64,000 bases of DNA. Source: an uncultured Thermoplasmata archaeon. Its GTDB lineage: Archaea; Thermoplasmatota; Thermoplasmata; RBG-16-68-12. The translations under genes were made by a program, and so were the position numbers. This document shows positions 50,334 through 58,854 of this stretch, piece by piece; position 1 is the stretch's first letter, and each line of letters starts with the position of its first letter. Below the pieces are notes generated by a model. The model saw nothing but the letters and a program-made list of their open reading frames with translations, was not told the DNA's origin and did no database searches. The stretch is from NCBI GenBank assembly GCA_963768855.1, contig CAVYJM010000006.1:32001-96000 (forward strand), given 5' to 3'.

Positions 50334-51773
50334 CTATTCGGCGTAAGGATTTGCCGCGGCGGCCGGGCTCCATCGGTCGATGACATGCAAAAAGGAGCCG
50401 GTGACGTTGCCGCGGCGCAGGCCGTGCGCGGGCACAGGTTCCCGATCCGCGTTTGTCACGCTTAGCAGCTTTTCGCCTTCCTCGGCGAGCACCGAGGAAT
50501 AGTGAAACTCGTGGCCCGAAACCGTGCCGCCACGCTTCCCTAGAACGCACGAAACCAGAAGTTCCGCCCTCCGGTATCCCAAGTGAAGCTTGCGCGCCGC
50601 GAAGCTGGTCTCAAGCCGGAGAAGCCCCAGCATGGCATGCCGCTCGCCCTTCGCATCGATCAGGCCATCGCCCAGCACCATGTAGCCCCCGCACTCGCCG
50701 TGGACGGGTTTGCTTTCCGCGAATGAGCGCACGCCATTGAGGAAGTTGGTGTTCGAAGCGAGCCGCCCCGCATGAAGCTCGGGATAGCCGCCGGGTAGCC
50801 AAACCGCATCCGCCGAAGCGGACGGCGCCTTGATCCGCAAGCGGCGAGAAGGGCAGAATTCTCCGCCCCCGCCTGTCGCCAGCTTTTCAGGAGATGCGGA
50901 TAAACGAAGGAGAATGCCGCATCTTGGGCAAGCGCGACGCGCTGGCCGGGAGGGGGCGAAGTCCCCCCTCACCCCAGCCCTCTCCCCAAGGGGAGAGGGA
51001 GCCGGCTGCGGCCCTTCGTTTGATGCAGGAGGACAATTCTGGCGTTCCCTCTCCCCCTGGGGAGAAGGACAGGATGAGGGGGTCTTCAGCAACCCCTCAA
51101 TATCTACATGCGCCTCGGCCAGATCCGCCAGCGCATCGAGGCAGGCCGAAAGCCCGCTAAGCTCGCCGGCTTGAACAAGTCCCAGATGCCGCTCGGGCAG
51201 CTTGACGGCCTCATTGCGGGGAATCGCACCGAAAACCCGCATGCCGGTTTCATCGAAGCCGGCGCGTGCCAGGCGTTCGTGGCGAGGGCTGCCCACGCGA
51301 TTCAGGATAACGCCCGCGATTTCGACACCCGGCCGGAAGCCCGCGAAGCCGCGCGCAACCGCCGCCGCTGTCTGCGACTGGCCGGAAATGTCGAGTACCA
51401 GGACAACGGGCAGGCCGGCGAGTGCTGCGATATCGGCGCTCGCTCCATTCCCCCATTGCCCGGCGGAAGCAACGCTGTCGAACAGCCCCATGAGCGCTTC
51501 GATAACAATGAAGTCCGCGCCCTCGGCCTCGCCCAGGAGCGCGAGCGCGGTTTCCTGCCGCATCGCCCAGCTGTCGAGGTTATAGCTTGGACGCCCGCAA
51601 GCCGCCTCGTGAAAGGCCGGATCGATATAGTCCGGGCCGCATTTGAAAGGCTGGACGCAGAGGCCGCGGCGCTTGAGCGCCCGCAAAAGCCCGAGCGTGA
51701 CCATGGTTTTGCCCGAGCCGGAGCGCGGGGCAGCAATAAGAACGCCATGCGGCTTGCTGTGAAAAGGAAACAT
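50334..51773 (-). CDS. cobB: Cobyrinate a,c-diamide synthase; contains an in-frame REP insert and a short off-frame stretch
   Basis: APRSGSGKT, FKCGPDYIDP, IEALMGLFD, PERHLGLV, WLPGGYPELH, HGECGGYM, GHEFHYS. The ~50830-50960 segment reads correctly (GQRVALAQDAAFSFVYPH...AEILPFSPLAD) only in shifted frames; three +1 bases sum to an intact-looking ORF. Confidence 0.93.
   Translation of the reverse strand: MFPFHSKPHGVLIAAPRSGSGKTMVTLGLLRALKRRGLCVQPFKCGPDYIDPAFHEAACGRPSYNLDSWAMRQETALALLGEAEGADFIVIEALMGLFDSVASAGQWGNGASADIAALAGLPVVLVLDISGQSQTAAAVARGFAGFRPGVEIAGVILNRVGSPRHERLARAGFDETGMRVFGAIPRNEAVKLPERHLGLVQAGELSGLSACLDALADLAEAHVDIEGLLKTPSSCPSPQGERERQNCPPASNEGPQPAPSPLGERAGVRGDFAPSRPARRACPRCGILLRLSASPEKLATGGGGEFCPSRRLRIKAPSASADAVWLPGGYPELHAGRLASNTNFLNGVRSFAESKPVHGECGGYMVLGDGLIDAKGERHAMLGLLRLETSFAARKLHLGYRRAELLVSCVLGKRGGTVSGHEFHYSSVLAEEGEKLLSVTNADREPVPAHGLRRGNVTGSFLHVIDRWSPAAAANPYAE
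50963..51082. repeat. Family A REP element inside cobB (120 bp)
   Basis: Matches the intergenic copy at 7783-7925, including the internal acgccagaat.gtcct...gaagggccgcagcc segment. Confidence 0.92.
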
Positions 51774-51790
51774 TGCTCTACATAACGCCT

Positions 51791-52913
51791 ATGAGCGATA
51801 GCGGCAAACCCTCGCATTCCGAACCGGACGCAAAGCCAGGCGCAGCCCTGCGCCGCGGCTGGACGACCGGAACATGCGCTGCCGCCGCGGTGCGCGCCGC
51901 GTGCCAAGCGCTCTTTGGCGGCGGTTTTCCCGATCCAGTTGCCGTGACCCTTCCGAACGGCATGCGCCCAAGCTTCGCGCTTGGTTTGCAGGAAACAGGC
52001 GCCGGCTGGGCGCGCGCTGGCATCGTCAAGGACGCGGGCGACGACCCCGATGTGACGCATGGCGCGCTCATAGTTGCGTGCGTGTCGCGCGGGGCAGCCC
52101 GGAAGCGGCGTCACCTTCAGCGCCGGTCCGGGCGTGGGCACCGTGACGCGCGCCGGCCTTCCCATTCCGCCGGGCGAGCCCGCGATCAATCCCGTGCCGC
52201 GCGCGATGATCCGCGAAGCGGTGCGCGAGGCGGCGGAGCTGTTCGGCGAGCCTGTGGATATCGCTGTGGAAATCTCCATTCCGGGCGGAGAGAAGATCGC
52301 CGAGCGGACGCTGAACGCGCGCCTGGGCGTGATCGGCGGCCTTTCGATCCTCGGCACCACCGGCATCGTCGTCCCCTATTCCTGCGCCGCGTGGATCGAC
52401 ACCATCCATCGCGGCATCGATGTCGCGCGCGCCGCCGGGCTCACCCATATCGCCGGCGCCACGGGCGCGGCCTCGGAGGCGGCGGCCCAGCGCGAGTACG
52501 ATCTGCCGGACATCGCGCTCATCGACATGGGCGGCTTCGTTGGCGGCATGCTCAAATACCTCAAGACGCATCCGGTGCCGCGCGTCACCATCGCGGGCGG
52601 CTTCGCGAAACTATCGAAGCTCGCGGGCGGACGGCTGGATCTGCATTCGAAGCGGGGGCTCGCCGACATTCCGCTGCTTGCGGGCTGGCTGCGCGAGCTG
52701 GGCGCGGATGATGCCACGGTGCAAGAGGCTGAGAAGTCGAAAACCGCGGCTGTCATCCTTGATCTGGCTGAGCGGGCAAACCTGCCGCTGGCGGACCATG
52801 TTGCACGCTTCGCCCTGCTAGAGGCGCGGAAAGTGCTGAACAATCCCAGCATCGCCGCCGATACGCTGATCGTCTCGCGCGACGGCCGGATTATCGGCCG
52901 GGCAGGTGCTTGA
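51791..52913 (+). CDS. cbiD: Cobalt-precorrin-5B C1-methyltransferase, +1 frameshift near 52093
   Basis: LRRGWTTGTCAAAA, VKDAGDDPDVTHGA, GPGVGTVTRAGL, PAINPVPR, TLNARLGVIGGLSILGTTGIV.PYS. Confidence 0.95.
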
Positions 52914-52955
52914 GCCGGCGTTTCTCCCGTTTCCGACGGTAGAAAAAAAAACGCT

Positions 52956-53243
52956 CTACTGGGCAGCCGAAGGCTCGAAGCTGATCTTGAGGCGGCTACC
53001 GGTAGCTGCGGCGAGACGCTCCAGCGTCCGCGTAGAGGGGAGCACCCGGCCGCTCTCCAGGCGCGCAATGACCGTGCGCGAGGTCCGCATGCGGGTGGCC
53101 AGTTCCTCCTGGGTCAGGCCAGCGCGGAGGCGTGCCTCGATCATTTGACGCGCCAGCTCGAACTCGGTTTCAAGCTCGTCATAAGCCTTGGCGTAATCGT
53201 CATCCTTCAGCCATTTCTCGTGCAGCTCGCTTATCCGGGTCAT
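52956..53243 (-). CDS. XRE HTH antitoxin (HigA-like)
   Basis: YAKAYDELETEFELARQMIEARLRAGLTQEELA.RM.TS...IARLESG...STRTLERLA. Confidence 0.9.
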   Translation of the reverse strand: MTRISELHEKWLKDDDYAKAYDELETEFELARQMIEARLRAGLTQEELATRMRTSRTVIARLESGRVLPSTRTLERLAAATGSRLKISFEPSAAQ

Positions 53244-53560
53244 ATCACTCCCTTCGCCCGTTTCAGGGCAAGCTCGATCTCTTGGCGCGGCGTTTTTTGG
53301 GTTTTCTTCACGAATACCCGGACAACCACTACCCTTTTGCCTCGCGCAGTCACATAAAGCGCCCGCGCGATACCTTCTTTCCCCTTAATGCGTATTTCCC
53401 ATAACGGCCCCTCGATATGATCTATATGCGGTCCGCCTACTCGCCCCAAGCCGAGGCTCTCGATCAAGCCGGCGACGCGAACAAAATGCGCCCGCATGTC
53501 AGCTGGCAGCGCCTCTAACTCTGCATCGACGTCAGCGTCCAGGGTTTCGACGATCCACAT
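53240..53560 (-). CDS. RelE-superfamily (Gp49/DUF891, HigB-like) toxin
   Basis: MWIVETL..V.AEL.ALP...PHIDHIEGPLWEIRIKGKEGIARALY...VFVKKTQKTPRQEIELALKR; ATGA overlap with the antitoxin. Confidence 0.9.
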   Translation of the reverse strand: MWIVETLDADVDAELEALPADMRAHFVRVAGLIESLGLGRVGGPHIDHIEGPLWEIRIKGKEGIARALYVTARGKRVVVVRVFVKKTQKTPRQEIELALKRAKGVI

Positions 53561-53650
53561 GCCATCATGTAGCAAATTTGCTACCCTTTTGCAAATTGGC
53601 GATGCCGTCGCGGAGATTCGAACTCTGCTTGAGCCCGAGCCAGACGCCAT

Positions 53651-53721
53651 CTAGTAGCCCGCACCGGAAGTTCTGCCCCCTATGTTGCGGCGTGCTCAGA
53701 ACTTCCGGCCGGCTGCACTAG
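53651..53721. repeat. 71-bp imperfect inverted repeat bounded by CTAG
   Basis: ctagtagcccgcaccggaagttctg ... cagaacttccggccggctgcactag, with a 12-bp perfect core. Confidence 0.65.
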
Positions 53722-53833
53722 CCTCAATGAAAGTGGGAATAATTCTGGACACTGTCAGGCACCAAGACGGCCCACGCGTCTCCGTGGCTTCCTTCGGCTA
53801 GACTTGCGCAAGAGGTTGGCGGGCGGGCAATGA

Positions 53834-53873
53834 AAAAGGTAAACCCCTGGCGGCGCGGGGGTACCGCCAGGGG
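53834..53873 (-). terminator. Rho-independent terminator
   Basis: ccctggcgg / ccgccaggg stem followed on the minus strand by gtttacctttt; 30 nt after the stop of ORF 53904-54209. Confidence 0.6.
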
Positions 53874-53903
53874 ATGTGGCGCAATGACATTGCGCAACCT
53901 GGG

Positions 53904-54209
53904 TTATTTCTCGATATTGAACTGCGGGCGCCGGCGAACTGGAACGGCCATTTGGTCGTACCTATCGGCGAGCGCGCGTAGCAGGCGTCTGGTCTCAGGG
54001 TCCCTCACCTCCTCGGCGAAGGCGCGCGTTTGCCTGGCTGTTTCGTGGTGAATGCGGGCACTCGGGGATTCGCAGGCCGTTCCGCTCTCACAGGGCTGGA
54101 TCGCGCCGTGCTCGAAAATATGCCTGCCGATTAGCGATAGGCCCTCTTCGCAGAGCGCCACAAGGGACCATCCTTCTTTCGCCAAGCCGAAAAACTTTTG
54201 AGATGGCAT
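53904..54209 (-). CDS. Small hypothetical protein
   Basis: Followed by a terminator; C-terminal helix ETARQTRAFAEEVRDPETRRLLRALADRYDQMA resembles small alphaproteobacterial hypotheticals. Start codon uncertain. Confidence 0.45.
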   Translation of the reverse strand: MPSQKFFGLAKEGWSLVALCEEGLSLIGRHIFEHGAIQPCESGTACESPSARIHHETARQTRAFAEEVRDPETRRLLRALADRYDQMAVPVRRRPQFNIEK

Positions 54210-54600
54210 CAGACATTCCTACTAGATGCGCGCGTGAAATCGCTCGTATTGTTGACGATCATGCCACTAGGTGCGGCTGTTCCGCTTGAACAACGCAGGG
54301 TCTTGTAAGCGGCGCTTCAGCCGTTGAAGTGTACGCACCGCTTGAATTCGGCCGCCAGCAAGTCGAGCATGGCGGAGAAAGCAGCGCTTGAGCTTATGCC
54401 ACCCTCAAGTGCTTGCTCATACGCTATAATAATTGCGCTCTTGAACTCGGTCCAACGCTTCAGAGGAAGCGTCGCATTCTTGAAATTCGTCAAAAACGGC
54501 CAGGGAAATCAGCCTCTTATCGTGGCTTAACATGCTACGTACCCGCCCTTACACAACACTTACGCAAACTGTGCACTTGTATTCTGTATGCAGGTTACAT

Positions 54601-54615
54601 TTAAGGTTGCATTAA
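54601..54615. promoter_or_regulatory. CtrA-like box TTAA-N7-TTAA
   Basis: TTAA ggttgca TTAA is an exact match; a second near-match TTAA atcgaat TTTA lies at 54630-54644. Confidence 0.5.
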
Positions 54616-55053
54616 AGTCAAGAAATAAGTTAAATCGAATTTTACTAAAATAGCACGCGCGGCGGTATTCCTTAGTAAATATTTGTCAGCAGTGAAACAG
54701 GGCGTACTATATAATACGCGTTATATTGGTGTTAGTGGCTGGATTCTAAGCTTCGGTGCGGCTGCTGAACCTTCCGTTTCTTTTGTGGCTCGCTTGGATT
54801 TATTGGCTCCCGCCAGCGATACATGCGCACGATACCGAGGCCTCATGCAAGCGAACGCGCCATTGTCGCCGAAAAGGCATTTGACCTTATCTGTATGGTT
54901 AAATATCACGGAGGGGTTTGTGGCTACAACCAATCGCGGGTTGTGTTGTATTAGATGGTGCCACTTATGGGCGTAGGGACTGTTCGACCCCTCCGGGCCT
55001 GCGCAAACGCTTGGGCGCCTGACCGGGGTCTGGAAATGGACTGCTCCGGCTAT

Positions 55054-55189
55054 CATGGTTAATGCGAGCATGGTAAACGCCGGGCGGGCATATTTTCGCC
55101 GCCGCATTTTTGCGAATCTTTTCTCGTTTTTGGCCAAATTCTGCGATTCCAGAATCCGTTTAAATATATTTGCAACGGCGAAATTAACC
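55054..55189 (-). repeat. ~137-bp AT-rich intergenic element, copy 2
   Basis: Reverse complement is ~80% identical to 34514-34650 with one gap. Confidence 0.9.
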
Positions 55190-55309
55190 CTGAAACGGTG
55201 CATTCCGCGCCGCTCGCGCCCGGCGTCAAGCGCAACTTTCTGGCGCATAGTTAATGCCAAGGAGGTTTGGGGGGCGCTAAATGACAGAGGGGGCGGCGAG
55301 ATTAGCACG

Positions 55310-55411
55310 CCCCCTCACCCCAGCCCTCTCCCGCGAGGGGAGAGGGGGCGGGCTGCGGCGCTTGCGAAGGCGTCCCCTCTCCCCTCGCGGGAGAGGGACA
55401 GGGTGAGGGGG
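55310..55411. repeat. REP-like palindromic element, family A
   Basis: ccccctcaccccagccctctccc...gggagagggacagggtgaggggg. Confidence 0.9.
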
Positions 55412-55598
55412 CTTATCCCGCGCGTCAACACTCGCCCTGGCGCGAGCCGCGCGGGAAAAGCCGCAAACAACAGCTAGCCAAGCTCGAAAACCGCATGTAT
55501 ATCTGGCGGGACAATAATCTCGCATGGACCGTGCATCTCCGGGACGATGGCCCGTAGAGCCGCGCGGTCGTTGCATATTATCCGGAGTCCGACCTAAA

Positions 55599-55784
55599 AT
55601 GGCAGTCCCCAAGAGAAAAACGTCGCCCATGAAGCGCGGTTTCCGCCGTTCCGCCGACGCACTCGCCGCGCCCACCTATGTCGAGGACAAGGAGTCGGGA
55701 GAGCTGCGCCGTCCGCATCACATCGACCTCAAGTCCGGCAAGTACGGCGGGCGTCAAGTGCTGAAGCCCAAAGAGGAAATCTAG
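55599..55784 (+). CDS. rpmF: 50S ribosomal protein L32 (no zinc-binding cysteines)
   Basis: [22 protein letters not shown]....[28 protein letters not shown]. Confidence 0.97.
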   Translation: MAVPKRKTSPMKRGFRRSADALAAPTYVEDKESGELRRPHHIDLKSGKYGGRQVLKPKEEI

Positions 55785-55794
55785 CCGGCGGCAG

Positions 55795-55893
55795 CGTCAT
55801 TGCGAGCTTGGCGAAGCAATCCAGGAGTCACAGACGCCTGCGTGGCGCAGCCATTCCTGGACGCCCGCGGCGCTACAGCGCGTCGCGATGACG
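55795..55893. repeat. REP-like element of GTCATTGCGAG...GAAGCAATCC type
   Basis: cgtcattgcgagc..gcgaagcaatccagg ... cctggacgcc...tcgcgatgacg. Confidence 0.75.
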
Positions 55894-55949
55894 AGATCTA
55901 TATAGCCCGCGTTTTGCCCTAGCCCCGGGAGCCTCTTATCGCCTCCATC

Positions 55950-56972
55950 GAGCTGGACATACAAGCGCCCCCCGCTCCGGCGGAGAACGCCGTTGCGGTC
56001 GAGATCGGGCTGAATGCGGCCATCGTCTCCATGATCGCGGACGAGCCGCAAATCCTGACCATGCGTCCAGCTGGCGCCCGCTCCTCCAAATCGGCGCCCT
56101 CATTGCCGTTCGGGCTGTTCACGCCGCTCAAGCACCGCACACTCGAAATCGGCCTCCGCGACTGGGTGAAGGGGCAGACTGGCCTCGACCTCGGTTATGT
56201 CGAGCAGCTTTATACGTTCGGCGACCGCGGCCGGCACGCGCGGCCCGGCGACGATGGGCTGCATGTCGTCTCCATTGGCTATCTGGCCCTTACCAAGACA
56301 GAGGACGCGCCGCTTGCCAGCGGCGTCGAGTGGAGCGGCTGGTACGCGCATTTCCCATGGGAGGATTGGCGCGACGGCAAGCCGCCAATCTTGAGCGAGG
56401 AGATCGAGCCGCGCCTTGAGGAATGGGCGAGCCGGCCCGAGCCGCCGGGCACGCCGCGCCGGCCGCTGGCCCGCATGGACCGGCTGCGCATGAGTTTCGG
56501 CCATTCGGTGCCGTGGGACGACGAGCGGGTTCTGGAGCGCTATGAGCTGCTTTACGAGGCTGGGCTGCTCGCGGAGGCGGCGCGCGATGGGCGTCCTGCC
56601 GCGAAGGATTGGGCAAGTTTGCCGCCGCTTGGGCGCCCGATGATGTTCGATCACCGCCGGATTCTGGCGACCGCGATGAGCAGGCTTCGCGGTAAGCTTA
56701 AGTATCGTCCGGTGATTTTTGAACTGATGCCCGAAACCTTCACTTTATTTGACCTCCAGCGTGTGGTAGAAGCGATACTCGGAAGCTACCTCCACAAGCA
56801 AAATTTCCGCCGGCTTGTGGAAAGCGCCGGGCTCGTGGAGCCCGCGGGAGGCGTTGCAGCCCGGACAGGCGGACGGCCCGCAAGGGTATATCGATTCAGG
56901 CGCAGCGTTCTGCTGGAGCGGCCCGCGCCCGGATTCCGTGTGAAAGTTCACAATGTTGCGCGCACAACCTAA
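55950..56972 (+). CDS. NrtR-like Nudix/winged-helix regulator (start uncertain)
   Basis: EIGLNAAIV, SLPFGLF...RTLEIGLRDWV..QTGLDLGYVEQLYTFGDRGR, FDHRRILATA..RLRGKLKY, FTLFDLQ...LHKQNFRR...GGRPARVY. Confidence 0.8.
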   Translation, partial: ELDIQAPPAPAENAVAVEIGLNAAIVSMIADEPQILTMRPAGARSSKSAPSLPFGLFTPLKHRTLEIGLRDWVKGQTGLDLGYVEQLYTFGDRGRHARPGDDGLHVVSIGYLALTKTEDAPLASGVEWSGWYAHFPWEDWRDGKPPILSEEIEPRLEEWASRPEPPGTPRRPLARMDRLRMSFGHSVPWDDERVLERYELLYEAGLLAEAARDGRPAAKDWASLPPLGRPMMFDHRRILATAMSRLRGKLKYRPVIFELMPETFTLFDLQRVVEAILGSYLHKQNFRRLVESAGLVEPAGGVAARTGGRPARVYRFRRSVLLERPAPGFRVKVHNVARTT

Positions 56973-57306
56973 CCGCGTTAACCGTTGCCCTGTTAACACT
57001 ACCGATAAGAATCAACGCGTAATCCCCAGAATTGAACTTATTAACCGTTTTACAACCTTCTCAAAACCGGCGTATTTTGCTAATACTATGCCCATCAATG
57101 AGGTTAGCTTTACGCGCTCAAGTTGAGTCCATCGCTACGGCTAAGGACTGTCGCAGGTGCTATCACCTGCATAAAGATCATCATCCGGCATGGCTAGAAC
57201 TGCCCCAGGCGGGGGGGCAGATTTAATTTCGGAACCTCATGCGCGAGAGCTTCGGCGGATTGAGATGATGGCCATTGAACCAAGTGAACGAAGAGTGAGA
57301 GCGAGT

Positions 57307-57879
57307 ATGCCCGAGAAGAACAATTTAAAACAACGCTTCGGCTTCGAGACAAACGAATACGTTGTTTATCCGACGCATGGAGTGGGGCGTATCGTGGCGA
57401 TCGAGGAGCAGGAGATCGCGGGGTGCAAGCTTGAGCTTTTTGTCATTAACTTTGAAAAAGATAAAATGACTTTGCGCGTCCCGACCTCGAAGACGCAAAG
57501 CGCCGGCATGCGCAAGCTCTCCGACGAATCGATCCTCACCCGCGCCCTCGACACCCTGCGCGGCCGAGCGCGCGTTAAGCGCACGATGTGGAGCAGGCGG
57601 GCCCAGGAATATGAGGCAAAGATCAATTCAGGCGATCTTATCACCATAGCTGAGGTGGTTCGCGACCTGTACCGCTCCGACACCCAGCCCGAGCAGTCCT
57701 ATTCCGAGCGTCAGCTTTATGAGGCGGCGCTGGATCGCATGGCACGCGAAATAGCTGCTGCACAGGACGTCGACGAGTCGATTGCGGTCCAGAAGGTCGC
57801 CGAGGCCCTGACGAAGGGTGGCCGTATGCAGCGCAAGCAGGCTGAAGCTTCTGAAGGCGAGAAGAAGGCCGCAGCTTAG
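57307..57879 (+). CDS. carD: CarD/CdnL family RNA polymerase-binding regulator
   Basis: YVVYPTHGVGRI, MTLRVP, TMWSRRAQEYEAKINSGDL..IAEVVRDL, SYSERQLYEAALDR. Confidence 0.93.
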   Translation: MPEKNNLKQRFGFETNEYVVYPTHGVGRIVAIEEQEIAGCKLELFVINFEKDKMTLRVPTSKTQSAGMRKLSDESILTRALDTLRGRARVKRTMWSRRAQEYEAKINSGDLITIAEVVRDLYRSDTQPEQSYSERQLYEAALDRMAREIAAAQDVDESIAVQKVAEALTKGGRMQRKQAEASEGEKKAAA

Positions 57880-57983
57880 CCGCGGCCGCTATCCAGAAGA
57901 ATTCATCGAAAGGCAACGGGGCAGCGAGCTTCCGTTGCCTGCGGCGGGTAGTAACGTTCGCCTGAAAATGATGAGTTCGGCCC

Positions 57984-58844
57984 TTATTGCAGTGTTTCTG
58001 AGCCGTGGCTGGGGGCTGCGCGGGCTTGCGGCAAAAACTCGATTTGCTCGGGCAAGATCACCGAGATGGCCGGTCCCCTTCTTTTCTCGATCCAGCCCCG
58101 GAGGCGGAGCGGGAGTTTTGCCCAGCTCTCTGGGGCTTGTTTATCGGCGAACGGCTTCTTTGCCGCTGGCTCGATTGTGGCTGTGACGCCATATCTGTTC
58201 GAAGCACCGAAGTGCAGGGTGATGCGGCCGCCACTTTCCGTAGCGTGATCGGTTGTGCCCTCTAGGATCTGGTAAGTCTCGACCAAATTGAGAATCGCGC
58301 GGGAATCGCTCGCTTTCAGTACCTTGAAGTAGGCGAGGCCCCAATGGCCGCTGTTCCCTTGCCGCGCGGCGGCCTCGGCGGCTAGGAGTTGCCGGGCGCA
58401 GGCGTGATTGCCGGTTTGCGGGACGGTTATGGCAAAGCCAGACCTAACCAGACCCTCCTGCAGCCAAACCGGCGGCTCACCCGCGACGTAGACGTGCCCC
58501 GTGTAGATCCCATAGCGATCACGCTGCAAGCCACCAAATTTGACCTCGACTTTCCGGCCAAGGGCTGCCTGGCGCAGGTACGCCGCAGCCGCCGCGGACG
58601 GGTCGAAGCCAGCCGGAACCGGAGCGGGCACCTGGATCTCGGCTAACCGCACAAACCGGCCATCCGCAAGCCGCAGCGTTTGCGGTCCGGCCACAGCAAC
58701 GGCCGTGCTCTCGCCGCCCGATTCCAACTGACAATCCGCGGCGGAACGATTTGGGGAAAGATACTGCGCCAGCGCGCGGTTTTGCGCGCACCCCGCAGCG
58801 CTAACGATAAGAGCAAGAGCGCAAGTTAGGAGGGGGTGCGGCAA
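57984..58844 (-). CDS. Thermonuclease (SNase)-fold protein with signal peptide and extra C-terminal domain
   Basis: TLRLADGRFVRLAEI, GRKVEV....RDRYG, WLQEGLVRSGFA, LLAAEAAARQ...GHW. Confidence 0.8.
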   Translation of the reverse strand: MPHPLLTCALALIVSAAGCAQNRALAQYLSPNRSAADCQLESGGESTAVAVAGPQTLRLADGRFVRLAEIQVPAPVPAGFDPSAAAAAYLRQAALGRKVEVKFGGLQRDRYGIYTGHVYVAGEPPVWLQEGLVRSGFAITVPQTGNHACARQLLAAEAAARQGNSGHWGLAYFKVLKASDSRAILNLVETYQILEGTTDHATESGGRITLHFGASNRYGVTATIEPAAKKPFADKQAPESWAKLPLRLRGWIEKRRGPAISVILPEQIEFLPQARAAPSHGSETLQ

Positions 58845-58854
58845 GGGTATCGCG

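Noticed and set aside
53590-53660. tRNA gene
   Set aside because: Only a T-arm-like motif and a partial stem are present; there is no D-arm or anticodon arm, and the CCA is misplaced by 3 nt.
51700-53800. Cobalamin riboswitch near cobB/cbiD (or upstream of mutA)
   Set aside because: No B12-box consensus (GGGAA...GCCCCCGCAACTGT) could be found by eye.
54721-55308. 195-aa ORF on the minus strand as a full-length gene
   Set aside because: Its 5' half runs through the non-coding 137-bp element, whose other copy has a stop in the same frame. It has no RBS and no recognisable motif. A shorter product from ATG 55056 cannot be excluded.
56970-57060. Fourth copy of the 137-bp element (TTAA-N11-TTAA at 56978)
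   Set aside because: Only the TTAA spacing matches; none of the other conserved blocks is present.
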